From assembly GCF_018350175.1 (NCBI RefSeq), contig NC_058368.1, positions 137,084,001-137,148,000 on the forward strand: a stretch of 64,000 nucleotides of DNA. The letters run 5' to 3'. The number at the start of each line of letters is the position of its first letter. Position 1 is the first letter of the stretch. Source of the stretch: Felis catus. Its lineage: Eukaryota. Below are positions 12,316 through 25,269 of the stretch, in pieces. The notes beneath the pieces are model-generated. The model did not search any database. It was not told where the DNA came from and saw nothing but the letters and a program-made list of their open reading frames with translations. The position numbers were made by a program, and so were the translations under genes.

Positions 12316-14938
12316 TCTTTTGAATCTCCCTCCCATTCTTTGGACTTGTATTGATGGAAGGATTTAGAAACAAAACAAAACAAAACAAGTGGAAACTTTT
12401 CCAGTCCCAGACTCTGCAAACACGAATCCCTGGTTCATCTCCATGCTGGAAAAAGATGACGCTCCAAGCCCACTTCTGCCAGGTCCTTGTTTCGTAGGAG
12501 GTCAGGCCTGCTGAGGGCCCCAGACTTACCTTACAGAGCTTTTGCCAATGTTCCATGTATATGAACTTAGGATCTTACAAATCAGTGTTCCCCATATGTT
12601 AGTGTGGGAAAGAGGATGTGCATCGATCTCCTGAGCTGCTCAGGGGCTCCCTAAGTTCCTTGCCATGAGCCCCTCTCACCTGCTAGAGGCCACAGCACTT
12701 TTCCTCTACCTGGGGTCAGATCTGCACCCTTGCCAGATTTCACATGAAAGTTTACCTGTGCCAGGGGACCTTTCCTGAGTACACACTCACAGGAGCACCT
12801 CTGGGCTCCCAGCACCTAGACGGGCACACCGTCACCTCCATTTACTCTCTTGAAGCCCTCTGTCTCCTTCACAGCTCTCCTCATAAGACATCATAACTTC
12901 TTTCCTGCTTTCCTGTTTGCATACTTCACTCCCTCCCCATGCACACATGTCTACAAGAACACAGGGCTCACATCTGTCTTGTTCCCTCCTTTGTCACCAG
13001 CATCTACCTCAGTGCTAGCTCTCAACACATAGCAGCTCCCAACAGATACTGAATGAGCAGTGAATGAATTTAACATCTTGAATCTAAGGAGGCATTTGCT
13101 CTGGACTCTTCTACCTGAAAGAAAAGGTAAGTGGATGGATCTGAATAAACAGTGAAGGATAAAAGCATTAGGCACAACCGCTGTAATTTCCCAGAGTGTA
13201 GCTGTCTGTGAGCTTCATAACAACGCTTTTAAGATCATTCAATGAAGATTTCCCACTTTCAATGTGAAAACCAGTAGTTATCATAGTTACACAGAGGCTC
13301 CTAACCTATTGAAGTCTTTGGAAGGGATTATGAGTAAAATAAAGTTCAGTATCTTTTTTTTTTATAAGAAGAGAGAAAAAACTTTGATGAGATCTAAAAT
13401 TTCCTGATCTTTCTGAGAGGAGAGAAGTCAGGTTCTTTCTTCTCTTTACCATTTTTGTCATTTTGATTTTTAAACTTAAATTACTCCCTCGGCTTCCATT
13501 TGAACCACTATCTAAGCCCTGGGTACCCTCATTCCCTCCCCCTACCTGTTTGGATGAGTTTTGGAGTTGGAGGAACTTTAAAAATAATCTTGTCTACTCC
13601 TTCCTTTTGTTGAAGAGGAAAAAGAAGTTCAGGCCATACTGTGAGAGGGTCTGAGGACCCAGGTCTCCTGAGTCCCCAGCTAACCCCCCCCCTCCTCCAT
13701 GTTAAGTTCAGCTCCCTTTGACTCGTCCCCTCTGACATAGCGCCCACTCCACTTTTCAGCCCCAGTACAATAGTTTAGGAGGCACCTAGTCAATATCCTG
13801 TCTGCTCTGAAGATAAGAACAACCCCATAGATGTCAGCCAAGACCTTTCTTTTCTGACAGCACTAAATGAGCCTTCCTTTCTCCAGTCAGCAGGTCCAGC
13901 CAGGATATTTCCAACTAGGGACTGTCCCATCCCTGAAGATAGTTTCTTCTCTCCTTAATCTCTCCGGGTTTGCTCCATAAGCCTGACGGGCATTGCGAAT
14001 GGAAGTGGGCCTAGGGAATGTCCCACAGTATACATCCTAATCCTCAGAAAGCCTTGCTTCTCTGCCCTTGAGACCACCAAGACCAAGGCCGCATCTTCCA
14101 TCCTCTTTTACCCCTGTTCCCACTCCAGCAGGAAAGAGGGCTCCCCAAATGCTTTGGCAATGTAAACAGTAGGTCTGAGTCCTGACAGGCCAGGTGAAGG
14201 TTGAGGAAAGACTGTGTCCTCCTTCACAGCCAGGTTGGGGCCCTGCTCTGGACTCCCGAGTGGTGTTGGACAGAGCTGAATCAGGTGGTTCTGTCTCTCC
14301 CCTCCCTTCTGTCTTCCTCTACTGCAGAAACTGCGATGTTTCTGGCAGAAACTGAGATGTGCCAAGAGATCCTTGTCTCCCTAGAAACTCTGTTCACTCA
14401 GCAATAAGTCCCATGGGAAGTTCATTTTTTTTTTTTTTTTTTGCATGGTTCTATTTATCGCCTAGTTCCAGTTTTTTCATGATTTTTGTGGTGATTGGTT
14501 TGGGATTTGGGGCCAGGTCTGGGTGCAGATGGGGGAACAAGTAGGATCTGATGATTTTAGGACAAAGTGACTCACCTTCCTCTCCATCTCTAAAATTGTC
14601 TCTGTCTGAGCTCATTTTCCCTTGATCACTTGATTCATCTCACCAACACCAGTATTTGAGTTTCGGATTCAGTTTATTATTATTGTTTATGAGTTTTTCT
14701 TTTTTTATTTTTGTGAAAGTGTTATTTATTTTCAGATAAGGAGCCCACCTTCACTTCTAGAACAATCTCTTCCAAAAGTTAGATTCCCTACAGTGCTAGT
14801 TTTCCGGGCACCTTCAGTGGCATCAATATCTTCATAATCCCTCAGTCCATGAACTAGATTATCTTCATCTCCTTCCCCTTTTCTTCACTTGGCCACCCAT
14901 TTTTCTTAAAAGAGTTTCTCATAAGAACTTAATTTTGA

Positions 14939-15147
14939 GGGGCACCTGGGCAGCTCAGTCACTTAAATGTCCAGCTCTTGATTTCGGCTCAGATCATGCT
15001 CTCACAGTTCATCACAGTTCGTGGGTTCAAGCCCTGCGTTGGGCTCAGTGCTGACAGCACTGGGCCTCCTTGGGACTCTCTTTACCCCTCTCTATCTCTC
15101 CCCACTCATGCTCTCTCTTTCTCTCTCAAAAATAAACATTTAAAGAA
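14939..15147 (+). mobile_element. Can-SINE
   Basis: TSD aagaacttaattttga. Confidence 0.95.
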
Positions 15148-15439
15148 AAGAACTTAATTTTGATAACTGCCAGCTCTGTATTCTTCATAAATTGTACAAA
15201 TGATTGGTGTGAATTCTAGTTAAAATTGTGTTACAAGTTCAAATCTTGAGGCTTTGTTTTGCCTCAAAGACACTGCCATGGTATCTATAAAATAGAAAAA
15301 AAGAAAATCAAAAAGCATGGCCATCTTCACAACAAGGTAAATATCTCTATGTATTATAATTAGAAGAGAAACAAAAAAATGGCAAGTAAGTCCACTGGTG
15401 TCTGAATCATAAGTGAGCGGGGAAGTAATTCTAGCTCCT

Positions 15440-16437
15440 GTGGGATTGTGGGAACCAAAATACCCCAGAGAAAGTAGGGACAGAGGTGTGTCCCCTGCTA
15501 GTTATCCATCTGCAGCCCGTTCTAAAGGGGCAGTGCTAGGAAGCCATATTCTGTACTGTATCACCCTGACATACGCCCACCGAAACTGCTGACCAGACCA
15601 AGCAGGGGGACCTTACCCAAAGGCTCTTATGAGGGAAACTAAAGTGAAAATTTCTATCAAACAAAAAGAAGTGGCCCTATAACATTCTTATTCCAATAAA
15701 ATTAAATTGGGACATATGTAGAGAAGTGAACAGTTGTCAGTGGGAGCTGGAGCTGAAAGATCCTGGGGTGCCTGGTTGGCTCAGTCTGTTTAGCATCCAA
15801 CTCTTTGGCTCAGGTCATGCTTTCTTGGTATATAAGATTAAGCTCCACATCAGGCTCTGAGATGACAGTGTAGACCCTGCTTGGGATCCTCTCTCTCTCT
15901 CCCACTCTCTCTACCCCTCCCACCTCAAAATAAAGAAATAAAAACATTAAAAAATAATAATAATAAAGGCAAAAGATCCTGAGGCTCAGAGGGGGCGAAA
16001 GGGCTCTGATGGATGATTATCAAGCTGAAGTCATGAGGAAGCAGAAACTCTGAGATCACGAAATTGCGAAGCTGAGAATAGAGGATGAAGTGCTTTTCCT
16101 GCTAAAAGAGGAAAGCAGACCCATGGAGAGATTTGGAGTCCTATTAATGCGGAAAAGGAAAGCACAGTTCTGTAGCTCCTACCACGGAGATCCCTAGGAG
16201 TGCTCCAGATTTTGAAAGTCTTTCTGATTTCAGCTTCCTGGAGACCCAGCTGTGCAATCACAACAGCCTGTCCTCCCAGAGGCTGTTTGTTTGGCTTCAC
16301 CTCGGTTACTATGAAGCTTGGCCCCAGCCTCGGACCTCTATTTCCTTGGTTCCATGGATATCTTTATGTCTGTCTCCTTTCTGCCACTCCAATTACTTAA
16401 GCTTATTTGAGTGAGACTGTTCCTTACAACTGAAACA
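15440..16437 (+). mobile_element. Ancient LTR (LTR78/LTR79/MLT1M-like) interrupted by a SINE
   Basis: 3' end 'ttacttaagcttatttgagtgagactgttccttacaactgaaaca' is typical of old ERVL/MaLR LTRs. Confidence 0.4.
15765..15970 (+). mobile_element. Can-SINE
   Basis: TSD aaagatcct. Confidence 0.93.
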
Positions 16438-16544
16438 CATGTTAAGTTACTTAATCCTTCCAACAACCCTACAAGGTAGAAATAATATTCCCATTTGTAA
16501 AACTGGGGGCTGTAAGACATTAAGCAGCTAGATCACATAAGTCC

Positions 16545-17009
16545 TGAGCTGGTCATTTGCCTGTTTGCTCTCGTCAGTATTTCCCAGCACTGTCTTTGCT
16601 GACCATGCGCACTACATTTCCCAGGCTCCCTTGCCAACTGGCTTCTGGCTCACAAAGGTCCACTGGCAGGAAATGAAAGAGCAAGAAAAAGGGAAAATCC
16701 AGGGTATTTCTCCCTCCTTGTGCTTCGGGCAGCGGCTCTGTCAGTGATTGCATCTTCTTCATGCCCTAGATCCCATGAGAGTGCCTTCTTTACATGTTCC
16801 AGGCTCCCACTGGGCAACCCAGTCCTCTCTTTGATGCTTTAGGCCTAGAAGTGAGAGCAGCTTCCTACTTTTGCTAATCTTTGAGTGGTCTCACTGTCTC
16901 CTGTGTAGCTTTTTATCTCTTTCATTCCATTTGCAATTAGTTCGCTGTATTCAGTTTCTTCTGTTAACTGGGATGGCTTTGTTGTCCTGCATGGACCCTG
17001 ACTCATGCA
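16545..17009 (+). mobile_element. LTR33A-like ERVL solo LTR
   Basis: 'ctacatttcccaggctcccttgccaactggcttc...ccagggtatttctccctcc...gcagcttcctacttttgctaatct...ggaccctgactcatgca'. Confidence 0.65.
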
Positions 17010-18676
17010 GCAATTAAGTAGCTGAGAAAGGATTCCAAATTCAGTCTGATTCCAAAACCATACTCTGAAGACCACATGATATTGACAGTTAAATCACAGA
17101 TTTCTCTGAACTTGGACTACAAACTAAGTGATGTTTCCCCCAGAGCACGCCCGTAGAGAGGGCTTCCCACTTTGTGTTTTCACTGCTCACTGTCACAAGT
17201 GAACTCTGCAATGCCACCAACCAAAAGATCAAAATCAGGCCAGGAGAGTTCATTTCTGAGGCCTTCTCTGGCACCACAACCCTGTTCTGACTCTACTCCC
17301 TGAACCCCCAGGGCCAGTCTAGTAGTACTGGACTTGATAAGTAGTAGTTCTGGATTTGCTTAGAGGTGGGGATTTCTCATGACACTGAACACTCACCGTC
17401 AAGGCAGTTTGAAATCTCAGGTTGCTCATTAGGGTTGCCACTGCTTGAAAGCAATAGTCTCTCCCTAGTGCTCTTGTTCTGGCCCTCCCCTAAGCTTCAA
17501 CCCTTGGAGACCCTATTTGTTCATTATTATTCATCCTACTTGGATCCCCAAGTATTTTGTTTGTGCCCCCTCCCTCCTCTCCCCCAGATTCCTGACTTTC
17601 TGACCTTCTGACCTCCCAGGCTAGGAGATGCCTGCTAAAGTAAATCGAGTGTAAATAGTTCTCTGTTGGTCAGTCATCAAGATTCATGTTACTCCTGGTG
17701 AGCTACCATCATCTATTTAATGTTGCATAAGATCTGGCTTTCTAAACTCTATTACATTTAGGGGAGCCTGGACATGGGTAAATATAAGATTTCTCAAAAC
17801 TAGATGCTCTTCCAGAAGGAGCAGAGTGTTCTGATCATCTTCCCTGAAAAATCTAAAAAAAAAAAAGAAAAAAATCAGAGAAAGAAGCTTCAACTTTCTG
17901 GTCTTTAAATAAACCTATAATTGCTTCCCTAATTGTAAATGCCTCCTGCACCTGGTCTCAATCCTTTAAATACTAAGTTTAGTCCATTCATGGGTGAAGG
18001 TGGATAATTTCAGCATTCAATTAACAAGTGTATGATGGGAAATAGGCTAAGCTCTTGAGGTTTGTACTACACAATATCCTGTAACTACTGACAAGTGACA
18101 GTCTATGTTTTATAGACCACAGTTGAACAATCTGTACAATCATTTGTAAAAATAACCAAGTCCTGTTATAAAAATCAGTGTTATCTTTGGCATCTCCCTC
18201 CTTACTCCCTCCAGCCACCACCTCCCACATCCCAGCTGTCTCCTAATTCTGAGAGGGTTTTTGTTTCCCCAAAAAGCTTTAGTGGCTTCGCTGTTCTTCC
18301 TTTTCTCTCTCTAAGGAAATCTCAGTGTTACCAGAGACTAAAATGCATGGCCATATGTCACCGAGAATGAAATCTCCTTTCCCAATCCCTGTCTTTTGAG
18401 CTGACCTCGGAGCCTTTCCAGTAAGACAGAAGGCTGGACTACAAACCCTGAGGAAGTCTCCTCACCCCACCAGCAGGCGACTAGCTCCTGTTCACCCCTC
18501 AGGTCTCAGCAAAAGAATAATGTCCTTGGGAAAATACTCTCCAACCCTCAGCCTAAGTCAGGGTCTTGAGAGTAATTATCTCTGTTTACAAATAGGTCTT
18601 TGTTTCACCTGGATAATAACTATCTACTCCAATAATCTGCAAGGTCCATGAGTATTTATGTCCCAAACTGTATTTC

Positions 18677-18934
18677 TTTTTTTTTTTAATTTTTTTAACG
18701 TTTATTTATTTTTGAGAGACAGAAATCTTTATTTAATTTTGAGAGACAGTCCTTGCACACTCTCTGTCTGAGCAAGGAAGGGGCAGAGAGAGAGAGAAAG
18801 ACACAGAATCTGAAGAGGCTCCAGGCTCTGAGCTGGCAGCACAGAGCCCGACGCGGGGCTCGAACTCACAAGCCGTGAGATCATGACCTGAGCTGAAGTC
18901 GGATGCTTAACCGACTGAGCTACCCAGGCGCCCC
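18677..18934 (-). mobile_element. Can-SINE with rearranged 3' part
   Basis: TSD tgtatttc; duplicated 'tttattt...ttttgagagacag' motif. Confidence 0.92.
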
Positions 18935-19068
18935 ATGTATTTCATGAAAGTAGTGTGGGTGGGGGTGCTTTGGACTGTGGCACATACATTTGGGAAATGC
19001 TGGTTTAATCCAAATGAAGCAAATTTCTTTACTGTAGGACTTCTTGAAGCATTTAAAATGCTAATGTG

Positions 19069-19280
19069 GGGGCGCCTGAGTGGCGCACTCAGTTAAGCAT
19101 CCAGCTTCGGCTCAGTTCATGATCTCACAGTTTGTGAGTTTGAGCCCTGCATCATGCTCTGTGCAGACAGCTCAGAGCCTGGAGGCTGCTTCGGATTCTG
19201 TGTCTCTCTCTTTCTCTGCCCCTCCCCTGCTCACATTCTGTCTCTCTCTCAAAAATAAGTAAACATTAAAAAAAAATTTT
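19069..19280 (+). mobile_element. Can-SINE
   Basis: TSD aatgctaatgtg. Confidence 0.95.
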
Positions 19281-19549
19281 AATGCTAATGTGTGTAGTAA
19301 TTTCCAGTATTTCACAAACCATATTAACCATGAAACCTTTTTTCATAACACACGTAAACATTTGGAGGAACCTAGTGTTCTGTGGAATGTAGTTTGAGAA
19401 GAGCCAATATAAAGTGAATTCCAGTTTCTGCCTTTAACATTATAGCAGCTTGGTAATTGTCACTAGCATGCACATTTTAAATAACCTTGGAAGCTGCAGT
19501 AGAAAACTGACAAAACTTCAGAATGAAATAATCACATAGAAAGAGATAG

Positions 19550-19778
19550 GGGTGCCTGGGTGGCTCAGTTGGTTAAGCACCCGACTTCAGCTCAGATCAC
19601 GATGTCATGGTTGGTGGGTTCACGCCCTGCGTTGGGCTCTGTGCTGCTGACAGCTTGGAACCTGGAGCCTCCTTCAAATTCTGTGTCTCTCTCTTTCTCT
19701 GCCCCTCCCCTGATTGTAGTCTGTCTCTCTCAAAAATGAATAAACATTAAAAAAATTTTACATAAAGATAATAAAAAA
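19550..19778 (+). mobile_element. Can-SINE
   Basis: TSD aaagagata. Confidence 0.93.
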
Positions 19779-22700
19779 AAGAGATAGTAGAGATAAGGTA
19801 AAGTTGAGGCAGAAACCCCAAAAAAGCAGAAGGTATGAGAAAGAAAGCTGGTTTATAGGGTATGCAATGATGGAGTTCCAATGATAGTAGAACACATGCC
19901 AACCGGCTAAGTCAAAAGAGAGCTGACAAGATTCTCCTCAATACCTTATGCTGATGACTGAGAACCAGTGTGACACTGGCTGACATCTGAGACAATAAAG
20001 GAAAGGAGTGGTGACCTTGGGTTTTCTGGCTGGCTTTTATATATAACAGAACCATATGGTTAGCTTGTTTGTGATAATGTGAATTTCAAGATTGGTGAAT
20101 TTCAATTCAAGTTCCACAGGGTTACATTATTCAGAAACACGGCAATATGCAAAATTGTACTTCATTTTTTAAAATAATATAAACACATAAAAAAATCTCA
20201 TTTTTTACCTTTGGGAAATTCATCTAAATAATTTTAAATGAAGACATATAAGTACTACTATGAGCTATTTTTATATGCGTGAGGTAGCAGTAGATGTTTC
20301 TTGATATCCCAAAGGGCTGCCTCAGATCCTTTATGGAAATAGAGGTATAGACTTGATAAATGAATGTTGAACCAGTTATTCCAAGTTTTATGGCTAAGCA
20401 AGTGATGTCTACGTTACTATGGCTACAGATCATCTTTTGGAGTTAATCCGGTGAGTAGGGATTTTCTTTTTGAGTTTAATTTCTCAAGGCATGTGATCAC
20501 ACGTGAACAGTGGGGGCTCAGGATGGAAACCTTGCTTTGAAAATCAGCTACCATTTAGCTTTCCACTTCAGCCACTCAACTGAGGTGGCAGTTTCGTGAT
20601 GAAGATTCAAACCAACATTAAGTAAAATTTGTCTTACTGGAAAAAATGTAGAAGTTAGTTGTTTGAGAGTCCGAAGGCTTTTAGACATTTGCATTACTGC
20701 TGAAAACCATAATTTAATGCAGGGTACTTCTGAATGATCCATAAACACAGATATATAGTACAAAGGCAAAAATAGGAAGAGATCTTTGGACAATGCCAAA
20801 TGGTAGGGATTTGACTTCACTGGGGCTTTTATATCAACCCTGGAATCCATCTTCAGTTTAAAAGTTGAATATTAAAACTGGATTAATTCCAAAAACTGGC
20901 CACCCTTCAAAAAGGTTCTTGGGTCTTGACAAATAGATACAGAAGTAGAACTTGCATAGTCAGGACCTAGAGGTTGATTATCAAAGATTTTTTTTTTAAG
21001 CCTCTGTGTTCCTGAGATCTTGGCTATTTCACTAAGTTCTGAACTGAGGAATCTGAAATGCTGGGTGAAAAGTCAGAGAAAGAGTTAGTGTGGAAGGGGA
21101 TGTGGACCTGTCCCTAAGGGAAGGAGGTTTGGCCGGATGCGATGACCTGGTGCAAATCCACTCTGCTTTCTCATGTACAATCCCCCCGTCTCTGTTCTCC
21201 ATCTTCCCAGACTCAGGACATTCCTTTCAGTAACTTTTGGGTCCAGCTACTTCTGCCTCATTGACGCAGAACCTACCTTCTATCTTTCTTAACCCCCTAG
21301 AGGGACGACTCACTTCAAACTTTCTCAGGGGGCTTAAAAACATGTAAGCTCTTTACTTCCCCTGCCAGAGGGAGGGGTGTGTGTGTGTGTATTTGGAAGG
21401 GGTGGTTCTTTCAGCACAGGCTGTGGTATGAGAACTTCTCAGAGTTTAGAAGCATGGTACTAGCTTCTCGTTCCTGAGGGGAGGGTAAAGACTGGTAAGG
21501 CTTCTTCATACCTCACCCTACTGTGTGAAGAAGAAGAGCCTGCTGTTTGGTCCCCAGTTTTTAACCAGATTTCCCTGCCCACTGAGTGGGGATAGTGGGA
21601 GCATGCAAAACACAGCACCTGCCCCATCCTCCTGCTCACACATTTTTGCTTTTGCCTCCTCCATCTTTTGGATCTCCCCAGCCTGCTCCCATATGTGCCT
21701 CAGGCTGCTTGCTTTTCTAAAGGCTCTATCCTCAGGATTCCAGCTCTAACACAGTGTCAGAAAGCACTCTCAAGCCCCAGGTACCACAGCTGCCTTGGGA
21801 CATTCTAGCACCTTCTAGTAGAAACAGACCAGACACCTTTCAAAATATAGCCCCCAGAACAAGAGGTGTCTTTATCCTATGTCCTCAGGGAAAGAAAATC
21901 TCTCTCTCAGGGGTGACAGATGCATGAATAATTTTATTTCTAGCCTTATTATCAGTTCCAGAGCATCCTGCACACTTACTGGAGTCACAGAACCACTGCC
22001 TCCTAACCCACTTTGGAGAAAGTCAAGCTCTCTCTCTCCTAAGGCTCAGCCCAGCTTTTCACTCCAAAGGGGGAAGCTGGGGTTGGAGCCACAGTGCCTA
22101 AACCCAGCCTGGAGTTCCCCCTCCCATTTTCTCACTCAAACCAGTCTTTCTCACTCAAACCAGGAGCCCACCACCAATTGTAAAAATTGCCCAGTTTCTT
22201 TCAGTACCCCTTTCATAGCCATCTTAGGCCTTTAGGTTTGGCTTTTCTTTGTGTAGAACACATCACTATGGGCAGAGTCACCTTTCAGCCTGGCTGGCAG
22301 CCATGTTGCACACACTACATACAAACTGTCATTGAGGATGGAAAGGCCTTCCACCCAGCCTGTCTTCTAGATTAGAGATTGGCTTGGGTAGCCCCTCTGC
22401 CCCAAGAGCCCAGAGACAAGGCAGGCAGTCCTATGCTCCCTGTCAGCCCTGGGGCATCCCGAATATCCTCACCGAACTTCGGGGCCATTGTTGTGTCCCA
22501 GGCAAGCAATAGTTTTTGTTCAAGGCTCAGACCAGGAAAGTTAGATACCTTTGTAACCTATATTCTGTTCTATTCAAATGAGTACAGCTTCCTGGACTCC
22601 TCGGGGAATGTGTATTCTTTCAACTTAGTTTACATTCATGAACAAGGAAAAGGAAAATTCTCATGGCTGTGTAGGCACCAAATGTTCATGTTCACATGTC

Positions 22701-23764
22701 TGAGAAGAAGCAACATGGAGGCAACTTTCTGATCTTTTATTCTGAATGGGACTGTGGGCACCATGGAAAGGACAGACAGGCCACTTTCTCCCTGTATGCT
22801 GCCCATCACTGGCCTGTGCCTGTGACGATGAAACTAGATCTAGCATGGCCCCAAGCCCTTCTTCAGGTCTTCTTCCCCCTCCTCCAAAACTTCAAACTCT
22901 AAGCCATATTGGGGGTGACTTTGGGAATGAGGTGCAGGCTTTGGGGACATCTGGAGTCGTGGGCTGGCATGGGTCCTTCTGACCTTTAAAAGGTCCTAAG
23001 CAGAAGCAGCTTCACTTTCACCATTGAGAGCCACAAAGACAATGTGGCTTCATCCTCCCTCTGTCCCTGGAGGCCCTACTGTGCACAAAAGGAAGAGGCA
23101 TAGTGAGTTAAGTGAGTGAATGAGTTCTCCAAAGTGAGATTCCTGGAGGTTATCTTACTTTTCCACTTACAATAATCCTTAAACTATCTTAATAAGTTTT
23201 CCAACATTTCAATTCATTTCATTTATCTTCTTAAGATAAGATGGAAAAAAGTTTTAAAATTACCTCCAGGCTCTTTGCATCAACTAGATAAATGGGAAGG
23301 TCTGTGAGAGGTTAATACCTTATAGCCTAATCTTTCTTTGGTATCCCATCAGGGCAATTGTGATCTGTTTAATAGCAACAGGATGACTGCAGGTCTCCTG
23401 GAAGGAGTTATCAATGAATTTCAAACTAGAGATAAAAGCCTGTGAAATATGCAAACGCTCCTTTCTAATTAAATAATTCACTCAACAAATTTTGTTCAAA
23501 TTTAGTTTCCCCATTTAGGGCAAGTTCTATCCAATACCCCAAGGAGAGATGGCAAGATGGGTGATGAATAAGTCTTTGGTGATCAAATTTGATGATTATC
23601 TGCTCACAGATGGTATGGCAACCATCTGTAGGGATTATGAAAAGAGGACATTAATGACTTTTTAAAAATCATATTTTGGTCTCTGCTCCATTCCACAAAT
23701 CCTTTACAAAGAATCGACTCTCAACCATAGCAAGGTGGTAGGAGTCTCTGCTTCCACTCTGGGA

Positions 23765-24063
23765 CATTCTACAGTTTTTGTACAGGCTGGGATTGGGGGG
23801 ACAATGCCATGAAGGTTTGTATATATAGGACTACCAGCCATTCGGGGGAGTTCCAGAACAAGAGGTCAAGCTGGAAAATGGTATTATAAGAAAGCGTTCC
23901 CTGGAGGGAGGCCATACCTCTTGATCTGGGAGTTTATACTGAGGCCAGGAAACATTACAAAAAAGACGAGCCATTTTTGCTCTGGCTTTGGGAGTCAAAT
24001 TTGTTCCAGTTTTTAAGAGTACAGCCAAAGGGTGAGTCCGAAGGAAGAGGGAGTTTGCCCCAT
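23765..24063 (-). pseudogene. gag: Decayed endogenous retrovirus gag (matrix region), class I/gamma-like ERV1
   Basis: Across frameshifts it reads MGQTPS/PSDSPFGCTLKNWNKFDSQS/KWLVF/FCNVSWPQYKLPDQEVWPP/GTLSYNTIFQLDLLFWNSPEWLVVLYIQTFMAL, matching the HERV-W/ERV9/H-type Gag N-terminus (PL.CILKNWD.FDPQ...WPQY.L...WPP.G...YNTILQLDLFC...W.EVPYVQ.F). Confidence 0.88.
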
Positions 24064-24920
24064 AGTGGGAAATATGGGCTGCCAGTTCCCACAAGGGTGT
24101 CCCACCAAAAGGAATGGAGCTCCCACTTGTGGTCGCAATTTTAGTCAGGGGTCACACTGACCTAAAATAGGACTGGACCTTATGTATGGCAAATGACTAC
24201 TGGAGTGTACCACCAAGGAGAGGATTACAGCAAATGGCGATAGCAATTCCTGCTGGGATGTCCTCTGCAACAGGGAAAGCCAGACACCGGGTGGCCAAAC
24301 CAGGTGGGGAAAAAGGAGGGGGTGGACTCACCATTCAGATGGGTAGGAACATGTTTTGCCCATAGATTGCTGGATGCGTCGGAACAAAGGAAAAAGGGAA
24401 GGGGACCGAAAGAAGCAAGGTAGCTGAGAGTCAGCCAGCATCAGGAAAGTATCCCAACCAAGTCCATAATGTGTGCATATCTGCCCTGGATGACCTACAG
24501 ATGGAGTGGGAGAAGGAGGAAAGGGGTTGTTTGCCCCCATAGGCACAGGCAGTCTGACCTGCTCACCTTCAGAGTTTCACACCACACCAGGGAGCCACCC
24601 TGACCAGACACCTTCAGTTGTGTGAGGAGTACTAGAGTTATACTGTAGAAGGGCTGGAAAGAGAAAGGAAAAGGAGGAAAGCATCCCTCTGAGGGCATGA
24701 GGGGAAATCCCTCCCCTACCCAGGCAAGGACTGTCCACTTGTTCCTCCTGGGACTTCAGATCCTCCCCAAGGAGTAGCCTCTGGGGGGAGGTGGGTGGGG
24801 AGCATCTTCACTTCCCCAAGGAGAACTAGAGTTGGTCTACCGAGGGAAAGTCCTGAGAAATTCCCAGAGCATCCAGGGAGGGTCCCAGGCCAGAAGAGGG
24901 TCCCCAGATGGACTGCCAAA
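24064..24920 (-). mobile_element. ERV 5' leader with candidate PBS and splice donor
   Basis: Minus strand: TGGCAGTCCATCTGGGGA (24918-24901) 2 nt after the LTR-terminal CA; donor-like ATG|GTGAGT near 24331; pyrimidine-rich leader upstream of the gag ATG. Confidence 0.6.
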
Positions 24921-25236
24921 TGTGGGAGCCTGGCAGCAGGAGGAGTAGAGAAGGAATTCACCCATGGCAGAACAAACCTCAAGTGAGCAGCGGACAGGAC
25001 AACAAAGGAGAAACTGTCTGTGACGAGCCGGTGGTGAGGGTCCATAGTTATCGGTGGAGTGAGGAAGTATGGGGATCTATGGAATTTTCCCTTTTTTTAT
25101 TTTTTGGTAATCTTAGGAACTGTGCCTGCTTGTAATTGCTCATTTAGGGCCTATGGTTATTTTGAAGGGAGGTTACTTAATGAGCCTGTTTGCATCCAGG
25201 TCAGTGGTCGTTGTGGGCCTTTTCCCTTTCTCTACA
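24921..25236 (-). mobile_element. 5' LTR of the ERV1 element (~316 bp)
   Basis: Minus strand starts TGTAGAGAAAGGG and ends ...CCCACA directly before the PBS-like TGG. Confidence 0.55.
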
Positions 25237-25269
25237 CATGTTACCCCATGACTTCTCCATATGATTAGA

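Larger units (their letters stand above)
18652..19404. mobile_element. Charlie4-like hAT fossil interrupted by two SINEs
   Basis: 'tttgggaaatgctgg...tttctttactgtaggacttct...aatgctaatgtg...accatgaaacctttttt...gtgttctgtggaatgtagtttgagaa'. Confidence 0.65.

Noticed and set aside
22129..22163. Short direct repeat ttctcactcaaaccag x2 (similar two-copy repeats near 2927, 4832, 17319)
   Set aside because: Isolated slippage duplications; no array or spacer structure, so not CRISPR-like.
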